This document shows, one piece after another, positions 1-10,129 of a stretch of 42,569 nucleotides of DNA (its first letter is position 1; the number at the start of each line of letters is the position of its first letter). Source of the DNA: Saprolegnia diclina VS20 (taxonomy: Eukaryota). The stretch covers positions 263,491 through 306,059 of the forward strand of contig NW_008246109.1 of NCBI RefSeq assembly GCF_000281045.1. The letters are read 5' to 3'. Under the pieces are notes generated by a model. It ran no database searches. It was given only the letters and a program-made list of their open reading frames with translations, and was not told the DNA's origin. The translations under genes and the position numbers were made by a program.

Positions 1-408
1 TTCGTGGGCCAGTGGATGTGCGCGCTCTGCCCCAACACCAAGGTCGCCAACGTGGCCGTCGGTGCCATCTCGTGCGTCTTCAACCTCTTCTCGGGTTTCC
101 TCCTCCCGTACCCGGGCATGAAGAGCTGGTACAGCTGGATCCAGTACATTGTGCCGTCGAGCTACTCGCTCCGCGCGCTCGCGGTCTCGCAGCTCGGCAT
201 TTGCAACGACGATGGTACTGGCAACGCGTGCGCCAAGGTGCTCGGCATGAACGGCACGGATATTACCGTCGCCAAGTACGTCCAGAACAACTTCCAGTTC
301 AACCCGGACGACCGCTGGTACTATGTCCTCGTCCTCGCGGGCATGTGGGTCATCCTCCAAGTGTGCATTTACCTCACGTTCAAGTACGTCAGCCACCTCA
401 AGAGATAG
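1..408 (+). CDS. ABC transporter G family (PDR-type), C-terminal TM region; 5' part lies outside the window
   Basis: Open from position 1. NLFSGFLLPYPGMKSWYSWIQYIVPSSYSLRALAVSQLG and terminal YVSHLKR* are typical ABCG/PDR ABC2-membrane C-terminus motifs. Confidence 0.9.
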   Translation, partial: FVGQWMCALCPNTKVANVAVGAISCVFNLFSGFLLPYPGMKSWYSWIQYIVPSSYSLRALAVSQLGICNDDGTGNACAKVLGMNGTDITVAKYVQNNFQFNPDDRWYYVLVLAGMWVILQVCIYLTFKYVSHLKR

Positions 409-795
409 GCGACTCGTGCCATTGCGTACCAACTGCATCGTGTAACTACAATCGATTTTGCATTTCAAAAGTGGTGTTGCTCAGGACGACGCAAGACGAG
501 CGATGGGTACACGCGCCTCCTGAGGTTCAATTTGAGTTCGTCAGACAGAAACCGTCGGACAGATGTTGCAGACTCACTCGGTTTCGGGATGACCTTCCAG
601 ACGCCAGAGTCCATCAAATGTTTGTTGATCATGAGCAATGTCAGTAGTAATTGTTGGCCGAAATTTCGGCACCACCCGTGCGTCCATGTCGACGTCGCGG
701 GCGCCAACAGCCGCCGCGCCCGTCTCTCGTTCGCGTCGTCCTCTACATGCAAACGAGAAGTCGAGACGTGGACTCTGCAACTCACTCGATCTGCC

Positions 796-1308
796 ATGCT
801 GCCGCCCGTCTCGACGAGTGCGCTCAACCACACGCGCGTCGGCATCCAGCGCGCGGTCGTGAGCGTACCGCACAAGGATGCGAGTCCGCGCGACCAAGAC
901 GTTGCGTTCGTGCTCCGGGTCACGCACCACGACGCAGCGCACGTCATTCAGCGCGACTGGCCCGCGTTCCTCAAGCTCAAGATGGACCTTTTGCATGCGC
1001 TCGGTGCGGGCCACGCGTGCCCCGGTGTCTGCGTCTGGCTCTGGGAAGACCTGCACCACAACTTTGACCGACCGGCGTCGAGCGGCAGCCTCGCCGCGTG
1101 GTGGCACATGCTGCGCAGCGTGCACACAAAGGAGACGCTCCAGATCTTTCTCCGCCATTTCCAAGAACTCCTCGACTCGCTTCTCCGCGTGCTCCACGCC
1201 GACGACGTCAAGTGCCCGCGCTTCCGCCACGTCACGAGCGTTCTCTGCGCGTTCCTCGACATTGAGCCCAAGAAGCGCGTTTGCAGTCGCGCCTCGAGCT
1301 TACCATAG
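796..1308 (+). CDS. Hypothetical ~170-aa protein, possibly PX-like fold (oomycete-type)
   Basis: Coding-like codon usage from ATG 796 (MLPPVSTS...). Beta-rich FVLRVTH..HVIQRDWPAFLKLKMDLL followed by helices ending VLCAFLD resembles PX topology. Start uncertain; ORF is open from 532. Confidence 0.55.
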   Translation: MLPPVSTSALNHTRVGIQRAVVSVPHKDASPRDQDVAFVLRVTHHDAAHVIQRDWPAFLKLKMDLLHALGAGHACPGVCVWLWEDLHHNFDRPASSGSLAAWWHMLRSVHTKETLQIFLRHFQELLDSLLRVLHADDVKCPRFRHVTSVLCAFLDIEPKKRVCSRASSLP

Positions 1309-1720
1309 CACCCAACAGACGCTAAAGTCCATAGAATCATGTAATAGTATATCAATCAAGTTAGTACCAAGATGCTCTCAGTACGAAGCCATCGCGTCGT
1401 CCAAGTTCTTAGTTTTACTAAATGTCCAATCGACCCAGCCAGTATACCGGTATTCTGACCAATCGTCATCGAGGTCTAGGCTGCAAGCGCGTCGCTCTCA
1501 CTAACTAGGGAGCATTGTCGCGCAGGGCTAGCTATCGCCTCGTTGATGCGAGTCTGCCCGACGTACGTTGCTCGCCTCGATCGCCCTTGTCATGCCAATC
1601 AAATCCCAACAATTGCGTGTTTCTAGTCTCCCAAGAAATGGCATGAATTTCAGCCAATGGCCTTGCGCGAAGTGCTATGGGATGGTCACTGGTCGTCGCC
1701 CGTTTGGCCCATTTTCCATC

Positions 1721-3804
1721 ATGGCTCCGTCCCTCGCCAAGAAGCTCGAGCTGCTCCGCGCCGAGGCCGCGGACCTCGGCGAGTACATGTCCGACGACGA
1801 AGGCGAGACCTTCGACGTCTCGTCGCTCAAGGCCGAAAAAGACGCCTTCACGCACGACTTTTCCACGTGCATCGTCGTCGACAAGGCGCCGGTCGTGACA
1901 GCCGCCAAGTACGACAAGCTCCTCGCCATGTTCAACCGCCTCGTGGCGCAGATCGGCCCGGTCGTTGCGATCGACATGCCGTACCTTCCGGCCAAGGCAG
2001 GCGCGGCCCCCGAGACGGCTGGCTGCCTCTTTATCGAGTTTGAGACCGAGGCCGACGCCAAGAAGGCGATCACGACCTTGCACAACTTTGCGCTCGACAA
2101 GCGCCACACGCTCCAGGTCTGCCTGTACGCCGACATGCAAAAGTACGCCAACGTGCCGGACACGTACACGCCGCCGACCAAGCCGACGTTCACGCCGCGC
2201 CAGAACCTCAACACGTGGCTCGCCGACCCGAGCGGCCGCGACATGTTTGTGCTGCGCTACGGTACCGAGACGGAGCTGCACTGGAGCGACCAGGGCCGGC
2301 CGACGCTCGAGTACGCGGGCGAGCGCGAGAAGAGCTCGGGCAAGCAGTGGTGCTCGCAGTACGTCAAGTGGAGCCCTGCCGGCACGTACCTCACACGTTC
2401 CATCCGCAAGGTATCGCGCTCTGGGGCGGCGACTCGTGGGACAAGGTCGCTCGCTTTGCGCACAAGCACGTCAACACGGCGGTCTTTTCGCCGCAGGAGA
2501 ACTACCTCATCACGGCCAACGGCGTCGAAGGCGACAACTCGATCATGGTCTGGGACATCGCGTCCGGCAAGCTCCTTCGCGCGTTTAGCATGGGCGGCAA
2601 CCCGAACGTGCTCGACACGCCCTTCAAGTGGTCGGCCGATGACAAGTACGTCGCCCGGCGCAACAAGGACGCGATCACGATCTACGAGCTGCCGTCGATG
2701 AAGCTCCTCGAGAAGAAGTCGCTCAAGGCCGACGGTGTCGAGGACTTCTTCTGGTGCCCGGCCGGGAACGCCTCGCTCGCCTACTGGGCGCCGGAGGCAG
2801 GCAACACGCCCGCGCGTGTCTCGCTCGTCGAGATCCCGTCGCGCCGTGAGATCCGCCAGAAGAACCTCTTCAACGTCTCCGAGTGCCAATTGCTGTGGCA
2901 CCCGAGCGGCCAGTTCCTCAGCGTCAAGGTCACGCGCCACTCCAAGTCCAAGAAGACGCTCTTCACCAACTTTGAGATCTTCCGCGCTGGCGAGGCGCTC
3001 GTGCCGGTCGAGATGCTCGAGATCAAGGAGACGATCCGCGCGTTTGCGTGGGAGCCCAAGGGCTCGCGCTTCGCTGTCATCCACGGCGAGACCGCCACCC
3101 GCCTCTCCGTGTCGTTCTACGACTGCAACGGCGGCAAGAAGAACAACGAAGTCACCTTGCTCTACACGCTGGCCGAGAAGACGTGTAACGCGCTCTTCTG
3201 GTCGCCGTACGGCAACAACATTGTGCTCGCGGGTCTCGGCGACATGAACGGCATCATGGAGTTCTGGGACGTCGATGAGAAGCAGAGCTTGTCGATCCAG
3301 GAGCACTTCAAATTTACGCACCTCGAGTGGGACCCGAGTGGGCGTGTGGTCACGACGGCCGTGTGCCAGCCCATCAACAACTTCAACGCCAAGTACACGA
3401 TGGACAACGGCTACAACCTCTGGAGCTTCCAGGGCAAGCTCCTCGAGGAGAAGCGCAAGGACATGTTCCACCAGTTCATCTGGCGCCCGCGCCCCAAGAG
3501 CCTCCTCTCGGACAAGGAGTACAAGCACGTGCTCAAGAATCTGGAGAAATACCGCAAGAAGTTCAACGACCTCGACAAGCAGCGCGAGAAGGAGCGCATC
3601 GCGGCCGAGATTGCCGCCAAGCAGGCGCTCGTGGATACGTTCCGCAGCCGCCTTATGGCGCGCCAGGCGGCGGCGGCGTCCCGTCGCGCGGCGTACATTG
3701 CGCTCGCCGACGGCTACGACTCGCAGGACGACGCCGAGTTCATCGTGCAGACGACGACGCGCGACGAGATCGTGAGCCAGACCGAAGAGGTTGTCACCAA
3801 GTAA
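1721..3804 (+). CDS. EIF3B: Eukaryotic translation initiation factor 3 subunit B (RRM + WD-like propeller); 1-nt frameshift at ~2393-2395 in this assembly
   Basis: CIVVDKAPVV..KYDKL, GCLFIEFET, LDKRHTL, WSPAGTYL(T)TFHPQGIALWGG, KNLFNV, WDPSGR, DNGYNLWSFQG and FIWRPRP are eIF3b hallmarks. Two ORFs (1568-2701, 2215-3804) join at ctc-ac-acg-ttc. Confidence 0.95.
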
Positions 3805-4248
3805 ACTTGCAAAGAACGATGCGCTGCTATTTTATTCGTATATTGTCGTGTCTTTCTTTGCCGCCAGATCGTCCGAGGAGCCGCTGCAGACGTCACCGTA
3901 CTAGGTCCTGTAGGAACAATGGTAAAACACCATAGATAGCATTTGGACTTGGCCTTTGAAAGGCGAGCGCCATGCTGCCCACTCACTGCATCTGCTCGAC
4001 GGCAGCTCCCATCCTAGCTGTGTGCGGTGGTCGACCGACACGGCGCAGCAACTCGACAGCTCCATGGCTTTTGGTCGCGACCTGTACACTGTGATTGCCA
4101 CTGCACAGGGCCCGGCCACGTCTCGACGCTGCTCTGATGACGCAAGGACAAACAACGGCGCCACCGTGACGATGAGCCCGATGTATCGCATTGCTGTGGC
4201 GCAAGGTGGGACCTATACTGGATGGCCAAAGTGGGTTTACTTGGCCGC

Positions 4249-5335
4249 TTATTTGGTCCACAAGCTCGACGTGGTCGAGCCCGACACGAGCGCCTTCCAG
4301 CTCGCATGCGTCTGCTCAATGACGCTGATCGCAAACGCCTACCATTTTGTCATGTAGCTTCCGAATGAGAGAGAATGGACAAACCTTGTCCATGGCCTTG
4401 CCGTCAAAGGCAAACTGGCTCGGTGGCTTGCCGTCCGGCAGCTTGTAGTCGCGAAACCACGTGCGGATCGAGGGCACGGTGTTGGGCAGATGCAAGAGCA
4501 CGTCGTTCAAATCTGAAAAAATGTCGGAAAATTACGAGAAATCCCGAAATGACACAAACTGTACCGTCCAGCTTGGCGGCCATCGGGTCGTTCACGTTGA
4601 TGGCAATGACCTTCCAGTCCGTCTCGTCTTCGTCAATCATGCCGAGCACGCCAAGCACCTTGACCGGGTACACGTCGCCCGTCGCGGCCACGTGCGACCC
4701 AATTTCGACCACATCGATCGGGTCATTGTCGCCTGTCCAGCTCCTCGTCAACACGGCTGCTTTCAAAAGGAATGCAGATACCGCCGTAGCGCGTGCTTTC
4801 GTCAACGTGCGCGGGGTCTTCCCACGTCTGCGGGATGCAGCCATAGTTGACGAGCGAATCAAAGTGGTAGAAACTATCATTTTCATAGGAATATAGGCCA
4901 ATGGGGTATGAAGAACGCACCGCAAGCTGCCCTTCTTGACGTCCTGCTTGATTGGGTTGTGCGCTTCGTCGGTCGCAACTTCCATCTTGGCGCGGTCGCT
5001 AGCGCATGGACATGAGCATGAAGCGCCTAATGCCTGGCAAGAGGACAATGTACCCGCGCGGGATCTCGTTGATAAAGTTGAAGATGGCTGTGTCGTGCTC
5101 GTAGCCGGCCGGGCGCAGCGGAATGTCGTGCCACGGCGAAAGCACGGAGCCGTCCTTGCCGCGGTAGACCAAGCGCGACTCGATCGTGCCACTGGCGCCG
5201 ATCTGTGTCGTCGCATACTGGTGCTACATGGAACGAATTAGCGCGCTAATTCGTATGTGGTAGGCGTACGGCAAAGCGAGCGCCAAAGACGCGGATGGGG
5301 CGGCGGAGCTGGAGCGCTTGACGGACGAACGCCAT
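4249..5335 (-). CDS. PPA: Soluble inorganic pyrophosphatase (family I), likely mitochondrial; 7 exons
   Basis: Spliced product [111 protein letters not shown]. Six GT-AG introns traced in frame. Arg-rich N-terminus lacking acidic residues resembles a transit peptide. Confidence 0.93.
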
Positions 5336-5645
5336 CTTCAACAATGAACCAGTCGCCGCGCCGGCGGAATTCCGGATAAACAGCGCAAATCCGGATACTG
5401 AGCGGCCTGTTTTTCATGTGGGTTCCTTGCGTCGTCGCGCTGCCACGTAGGTTCAAAGACGTTACAAAAAGGCTGGCGGCATCGACACGCCGAGTAGCTT
5501 GCACACGCCGCTGCAGAGCGTTCTTATGGCCACCGTGCGCTCGCGGCTAGCACCCAAGACCGACGACGCACGAGCAACGTCGTGATCAGAAAACGTTCTC
5601 CTTCGCTTGCGGTAGGAGCGGCCGAATCATCTCAATATTGTCGTG

Positions 5646-7764
5646 TTAATAGCGAGGGGTCTCGTCTTCGAGGAAGAAATTCCAGAGGCATATACAGCAG
5701 TCGACACCGACCGAGACGATCTGACGCTCGTCCGGGCTCCACGCCACGTGGTTGATCGCGCCCGAGTGGCCGAGGGCGACGGCCATGAGCGCGTCGTTCT
5801 CGAGCGCGTAGATTTTGAGATGGCAGTCGTCGCCGCCCGTGGCCACAAAGCGTCCTAAGTAGCTTTCATTCGACGAGTCTTCAACTCAATCGTAGTACCC
5901 GACGGCGACACTTGGAGTGCGAGCACGCGCATTCGGTTCGGGTCCTGAAGCACCTTGACGGCGTCGGCAACGTCGCAGTCCCAGAAGAGGAGCCGGCCGT
6001 CGGCGCCGCCCGTGATGATCTCGGTCTCGCTGTCGAGGCGCTGGCTCATCGCATGGAACGCGCCTTCGCGCACCTGGTGCACGACCGCGCGGCGCTGCGT
6101 CTTGAGGTCGTACAAGAAGAGCGACCGGTCGAGGCCGCAGCTGTGCACGTGGTGGGCTTTGACCAAGTCGATCGTGACCTGCGTCACGCCGCGCTTGTGT
6201 TCGTGAAACTGCAATATGAGCTCCCGCGTCGCTACGGACCAGACGTTGACGCCGCCGTCGCTCGAGCCGGAGACGATGCACTTGTCGTTGGCAGCGATGC
6301 ACGTCACCTCGCCACGGTGCGCGTTGGCAATGTGCCACAGCTTGTGCTATACGTTCTGTGATTCAACACCAAGCGGGCATGTAGGATACGAGTACCCCCG
6401 AGGCGGTTTCGTAGGCGCGCAGCCAGCCGTCGGCCCAGCCCGAGACAAGGAACGCCCCATTTGCAGCGTAGCAGACACAGCGACCTTGGACGTTCTCGGC
6501 GGCGCTCGCCTTGACGCGGTACGACGAGAGGTCCCAGACTTTGAGCGTTCCGTCGTGCGAGATGGACGCAAACGCTTCGCTCGAGTGGCCGTCAAAGACG
6601 CAGGCGGTCACGGGCGCCAAGTGGCTGCAAGCGAGCTCTTCGACGCTCATTGCACTGGCGAGGATGCGGTAGAGCTTCCCGGCCGACGTACCAGCGAGCA
6701 CCGTCGCGCCGTCGCACGTCACGCTCAAGCCCGAGATGGCGCCCATCAAGGCCACTTGGCCGACGAGGTTCCAGTCCGAGTGGTCGCCCACGAGCTTCTT
6801 GAGAACGCCGTCGCCCGCGCCAACGTAGAGGTAGCCCGTCGCGGCGCAGCACGCGATCGAGTGCACGCCGTTGGACGAAATAGGTATTGTGCACTTGAAG
6901 ACGCGGGCGTCGGCGTTGAAGACGACGAGCTCGCCTACGCAACATGAGATGTGCCGGTCGACATCAACGTTAAAAGAGTGAACCGGCAAAGGTGCCCGCG
7001 AGAAGCGTGTCGTTGGTCTGCGTCATGCACGCGGCAAGGTACTCGCGGACCATACCAGTCGACGGCATCGCGCACGGGTAGCTCTCGAGCTTGTACTGCA
7101 TGCTGCCAATGTCGTACGAGAGCTCGCTCACAATGAGCTGGCTCGAGTGCGCAAACATGAGCGTGTACTTCGGTCGGCGCGTCTTCTCTTCGACTTTGCC
7201 CCAGTTGAGAATCGTGACGGGCGTCCCGTACGACCGCGTCACGACGACCTCGGACGTACGGAGGTCCCAGAGAATGACCGACCCGTCGGCGCCGGCGCCG
7301 AGTAGGAAATGGTCATCAGGCGAGAAGGCGAGCTTGGTGATTTTGCAGAAGAAGCCGTGCAGCTGGTAGAGCTCCGACTTGGCGTAGAGGTCCCAAACGA
7401 CAATCGCCGCGCCCGCGCCCTAACGCAAATGAGTCGTAAAACGCAGCAGAATGCGTACGTTGCGCTTGGTCGACGGCAGCTGCCCGGACGCGAGCAGCAC
7501 GCCCGAGCGCGAAATGCAGAGCGACGAGATCTCTTCGTCGTGGCCGCGAAGAAACTCTTGCGCGTGCGTGTCTGAGACGCGCGAGATGACGACTGCCGCG
7601 CCCATGCTGCACCATCGTTGTCAGTAGGATGGCGAGGAAGCTGCGGCGTACCAGGTAAAGTACGCGTCCGGGTCTTTCGGGTGCGCGAGGACCGTGTCCT
7701 TGGACCGACCCGTGTACCCAATGACGTGCTCGAGCTCGAGCTGATACGGCGGCGGGCCGTCCAT
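5646..7764 (-). CDS. CFAP52: CFAP52/WDR16-like cilia- and flagella-associated WD40 protein (multi-exon)
   Basis: N-terminal LELEHVIGYTG...QEFLRGHDEEISSLCISRSGVLLASGQ and C-terminal GHSGAINHVAWSPDERQIVSVG match the CFAP52 family. Many GH..WD repeats. ATG at 7764. Confidence 0.75.
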
Positions 7765-8371
7765 CGCGCCACTGTCCCTCTAAGATCTCGTCACCGGATA
7801 CGCTCTGGCGTATCCGGTATATCCGACACCCGACGCGCCTATGACGTGGCACGCTGTCCAGTCACGACAGTTTCAAGTTGAAGATCGCGTGTCGTCCCCA
7901 TAGATCGGGTTTGTCGCCTTTGCTATAAAATTTGAATGATGGTATGGACATGCTGCCTATAGTCTACACTTGTATTAGTATGTTGTGTTAGCCCCCTCGA
8001 CCTGTGAGCTCACAATTCGCGTTTTGTGCTGTCTACCAGTAAAGCGGCCAGTGTAGGCCGAAAGGGTTCCCTTATTCTGATCTTAGTCGAGGCATACCTC
8101 TTCCTGTGTCCCCACTTCCCCTTTAGTGCGACGGCGCGAACATAAGAGCGGTCACGAGGCGACTGGCGCAATTGTCGCCCGAAATGACACCGAAAAGGAA
8201 ACTTGCCACCAATAAAAACAGTCGAGCCCGCCAGCGCAGATCGTCTCGCCATGGCGAATGATGGTCACCACCGATTCGGTCAAATCGAGCGTGGTGTGGT
8301 GGTGGTGAAAGCGACTGTCACGACGTCTGTACTAGTGGAGCAGGGCTCCCGAGGCGAAGGTGTAGACGCTA

Positions 8372-8927
8372 TTGGGCATGCTCAACTCGGACAGTCTTGT
8401 TCTACGTCGCCCAAACCGTCGACATCGCTCATTTTCGTGCGCTCCAAGGCTACATGTGTCGGACGGTACGCTGGACTGCTCGGCGGACGCGGATGTACCA
8501 ACCGTAATGCAGTGGCTCAACACGTCACGGGTCTTGAAGAAGTTTAGCGTCGGGACCGTCGGAACGTCGTGTGGATGCCATTACCCGGGAACTGCCAAGA
8601 TGGATTGCTCGTGGTCTCGGTCTGACATCCTTGGAGAAACTGTGGTCCCATGACGCTGAGCAAGCAGCAACTTTTGTTACTGGCAAACGCACTGATCACG
8701 ACGCGCGACGATCGAAAGACGCTCCAGGTGATTGTGAAACTGGCCACCGAGCGCTGGAATCTGAAGAAATGCACGCGCTTCTCGCCACCATTCGCCCCCC
8801 GAGCTACGTCAAACTGACGCTCGACTGGGTCACGACGTATCCTCGCTCGCAGTGTCGAGCCAACACAATGGGGGTGACGTATTCCATGATTTGCCAAGCG
8901 GCGTTCCAACTTAATAGTTGGAGATGA
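8372..8927 (+). pseudogene. Possible decayed gene fragment (frame-broken, LRR/RNI-like hypothetical family)
   Basis: Protein-like snippets VMQWLNTSRVLKKFSV and ITRELPRWIARGL in different frames with stops; weak codon bias. Confidence 0.2.
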
Positions 8928-9010
8928 GAACGGGACAGAACTCGCGGCGAAACAATTGGTGGCATGTTCCATCTCAAAATTTATCAAGTATTGTACAATT
9001 AGAGTGTGAT

Positions 9011-9313
9011 TTACGCGTGGCGCTGACGAAACTCGACAAAGTCGTCGTTGCGCGTGATCGGGTTGAGTTTCAGATGGGCCATGTCGATGCGGTGCGACCG
9101 GAACGACGCGCCTTCGTCATGCGACCGGTGAAAGATCACGCCACGCTTCTCCTTGGAGAAGGTGACATCGGGGCTGTTGGAGAGGTACCGAAGACCGGCA
9201 AAGGTCGACATGCCCGTGGCAAACGTGATGATGCCGATGATCGGGTACGTCGCGGGGTCGGAGAACCACGTCTTGATGACAGACTGGGTCGCGCGGGCAG
9301 TGGTCGAGGCCAT
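9011..9313 (-). CDS. B12D/NDUFA4 (MLRQ)-family small mitochondrial membrane protein, copy 1
   Basis: 100 aa. WFSDPATYPIIGIITFATGMSTFAGLRYLSNSPDVTFSKEKR matches the B12D/NDUFA4 pattern (W..P..YP, one TM helix, R.L..PDV...K..R). Confidence 0.88.
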   Translation of the reverse strand: MASTTARATQSVIKTWFSDPATYPIIGIITFATGMSTFAGLRYLSNSPDVTFSKEKRGVIFHRSHDEGASFRSHRIDMAHLKLNPITRNDDFVEFRQRHA

Positions 9314-9356
9314 GGTTGTTCTTCTTGGTAGAGGTAGTGGTGGTGATGAGGATCAA

Positions 9357-9372
9357 GCAAATGCTGGAATGA
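9357..9372 (-). promoter_or_regulatory. Oomycete Inr+FPR core promoter of B12D copy 1
   Basis: TCATTCCAGCATTTGC on the minus strand, 59 nt before the ATG. Fits the oomycete YCATTYY-NN-MWTTTNC consensus. Confidence 0.75.
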
Positions 9373-9627
9373 ACCACTTCAACGGGCGCCAATATGGACC
9401 TGCGGAAGATCGCAACACCAAAGACACGCGACTTGCCCTGGCGGTTGCATTGACACGGTGCGCGCCACGTCTATCCGGATGCGAAAGGTCATCTCATTGC
9501 ACATTTGTATGACGACGACCAGACATCCGGATACAAACTGAAACGCGCGTGTCAATTTCACGGTTTTTCTCTGCTCGTTGCGTGTTTTTGAAAACGATCT
9601 TTATCGTTTTGGCGCGCCTTCTGCACC

Positions 9628-9643
9628 TCATTCCAGCATTTGC
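9628..9643 (+). promoter_or_regulatory. Oomycete Inr+FPR core promoter of B12D copy 2
   Basis: TCATTCCAGCATTTGC, 59 nt upstream of ATG 9687. Confidence 0.75.
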
Positions 9644-9686
9644 TTGATCCTCATCACCACCACTACCTCTACCAAGAAGAACAACC

Positions 9687-9989
9687 ATGGCCTCGACCAC
9701 TGCCCGCGCGACCCAGTCTGTCATCAAGACGTGGTTCTCCGACCCCGCGACGTACCCGATCATCGGCATCATCACGTTTGCCACGGGCATGTCGACCTTT
9801 GCCGGTCTTCGGTACCTCTCCAACAGCCCCGATGTCACCTTCTCCAAGGAGAAGCGCGGCGCGATCTTCCACCGGTCGCATGACGAAGGCGCGTCGTTCC
9901 GGTCGCACCGCATCGACATGGCCCATCTGAAACTCAACCCGATCACGCGCAACGACGACTTTGTCGAGTTTCGTCAGCGCCACAACTAA
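9687..9989 (+). CDS. B12D/NDUFA4-family protein, copy 2
   Basis: 100 aa. Identical to copy 1 except V/A in KRG[VA]IF and the last residue (A/N). Confidence 0.88.
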   Translation: MASTTARATQSVIKTWFSDPATYPIIGIITFATGMSTFAGLRYLSNSPDVTFSKEKRGAIFHRSHDEGASFRSHRIDMAHLKLNPITRNDDFVEFRQRHN

Positions 9990-10129
9990 TAATATTCCAT
10001 TTATACGACCCTAAACAACTATCGATGCTTCATGTGCACGACGACTCGATCAGACAATCGACCACTTTCTCGTTGAAACTGTGGTCAGCCCGATATAGTT
10101 TTCTCATAAAAGGGCTGATTTAGCGGGCC

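Larger units (their letters stand above)
9017..9983. repeat. Inverted repeat: arms 9017-9372 and 9628-9983 (356 bp, 3 mismatches), 255-bp spacer
   Basis: Base-by-base comparison of the reverse complement of the left arm with the right arm. Only differences: cgt/cgc, gtg/gcg, ttt/ttc within 13 bp. Confidence 0.97.

Noticed and set aside
3956..4357. 133-aa plus-strand ORF
   Set aside because: Overlaps the last PPase exon and 3' region antisense; no motif or codon-bias support.
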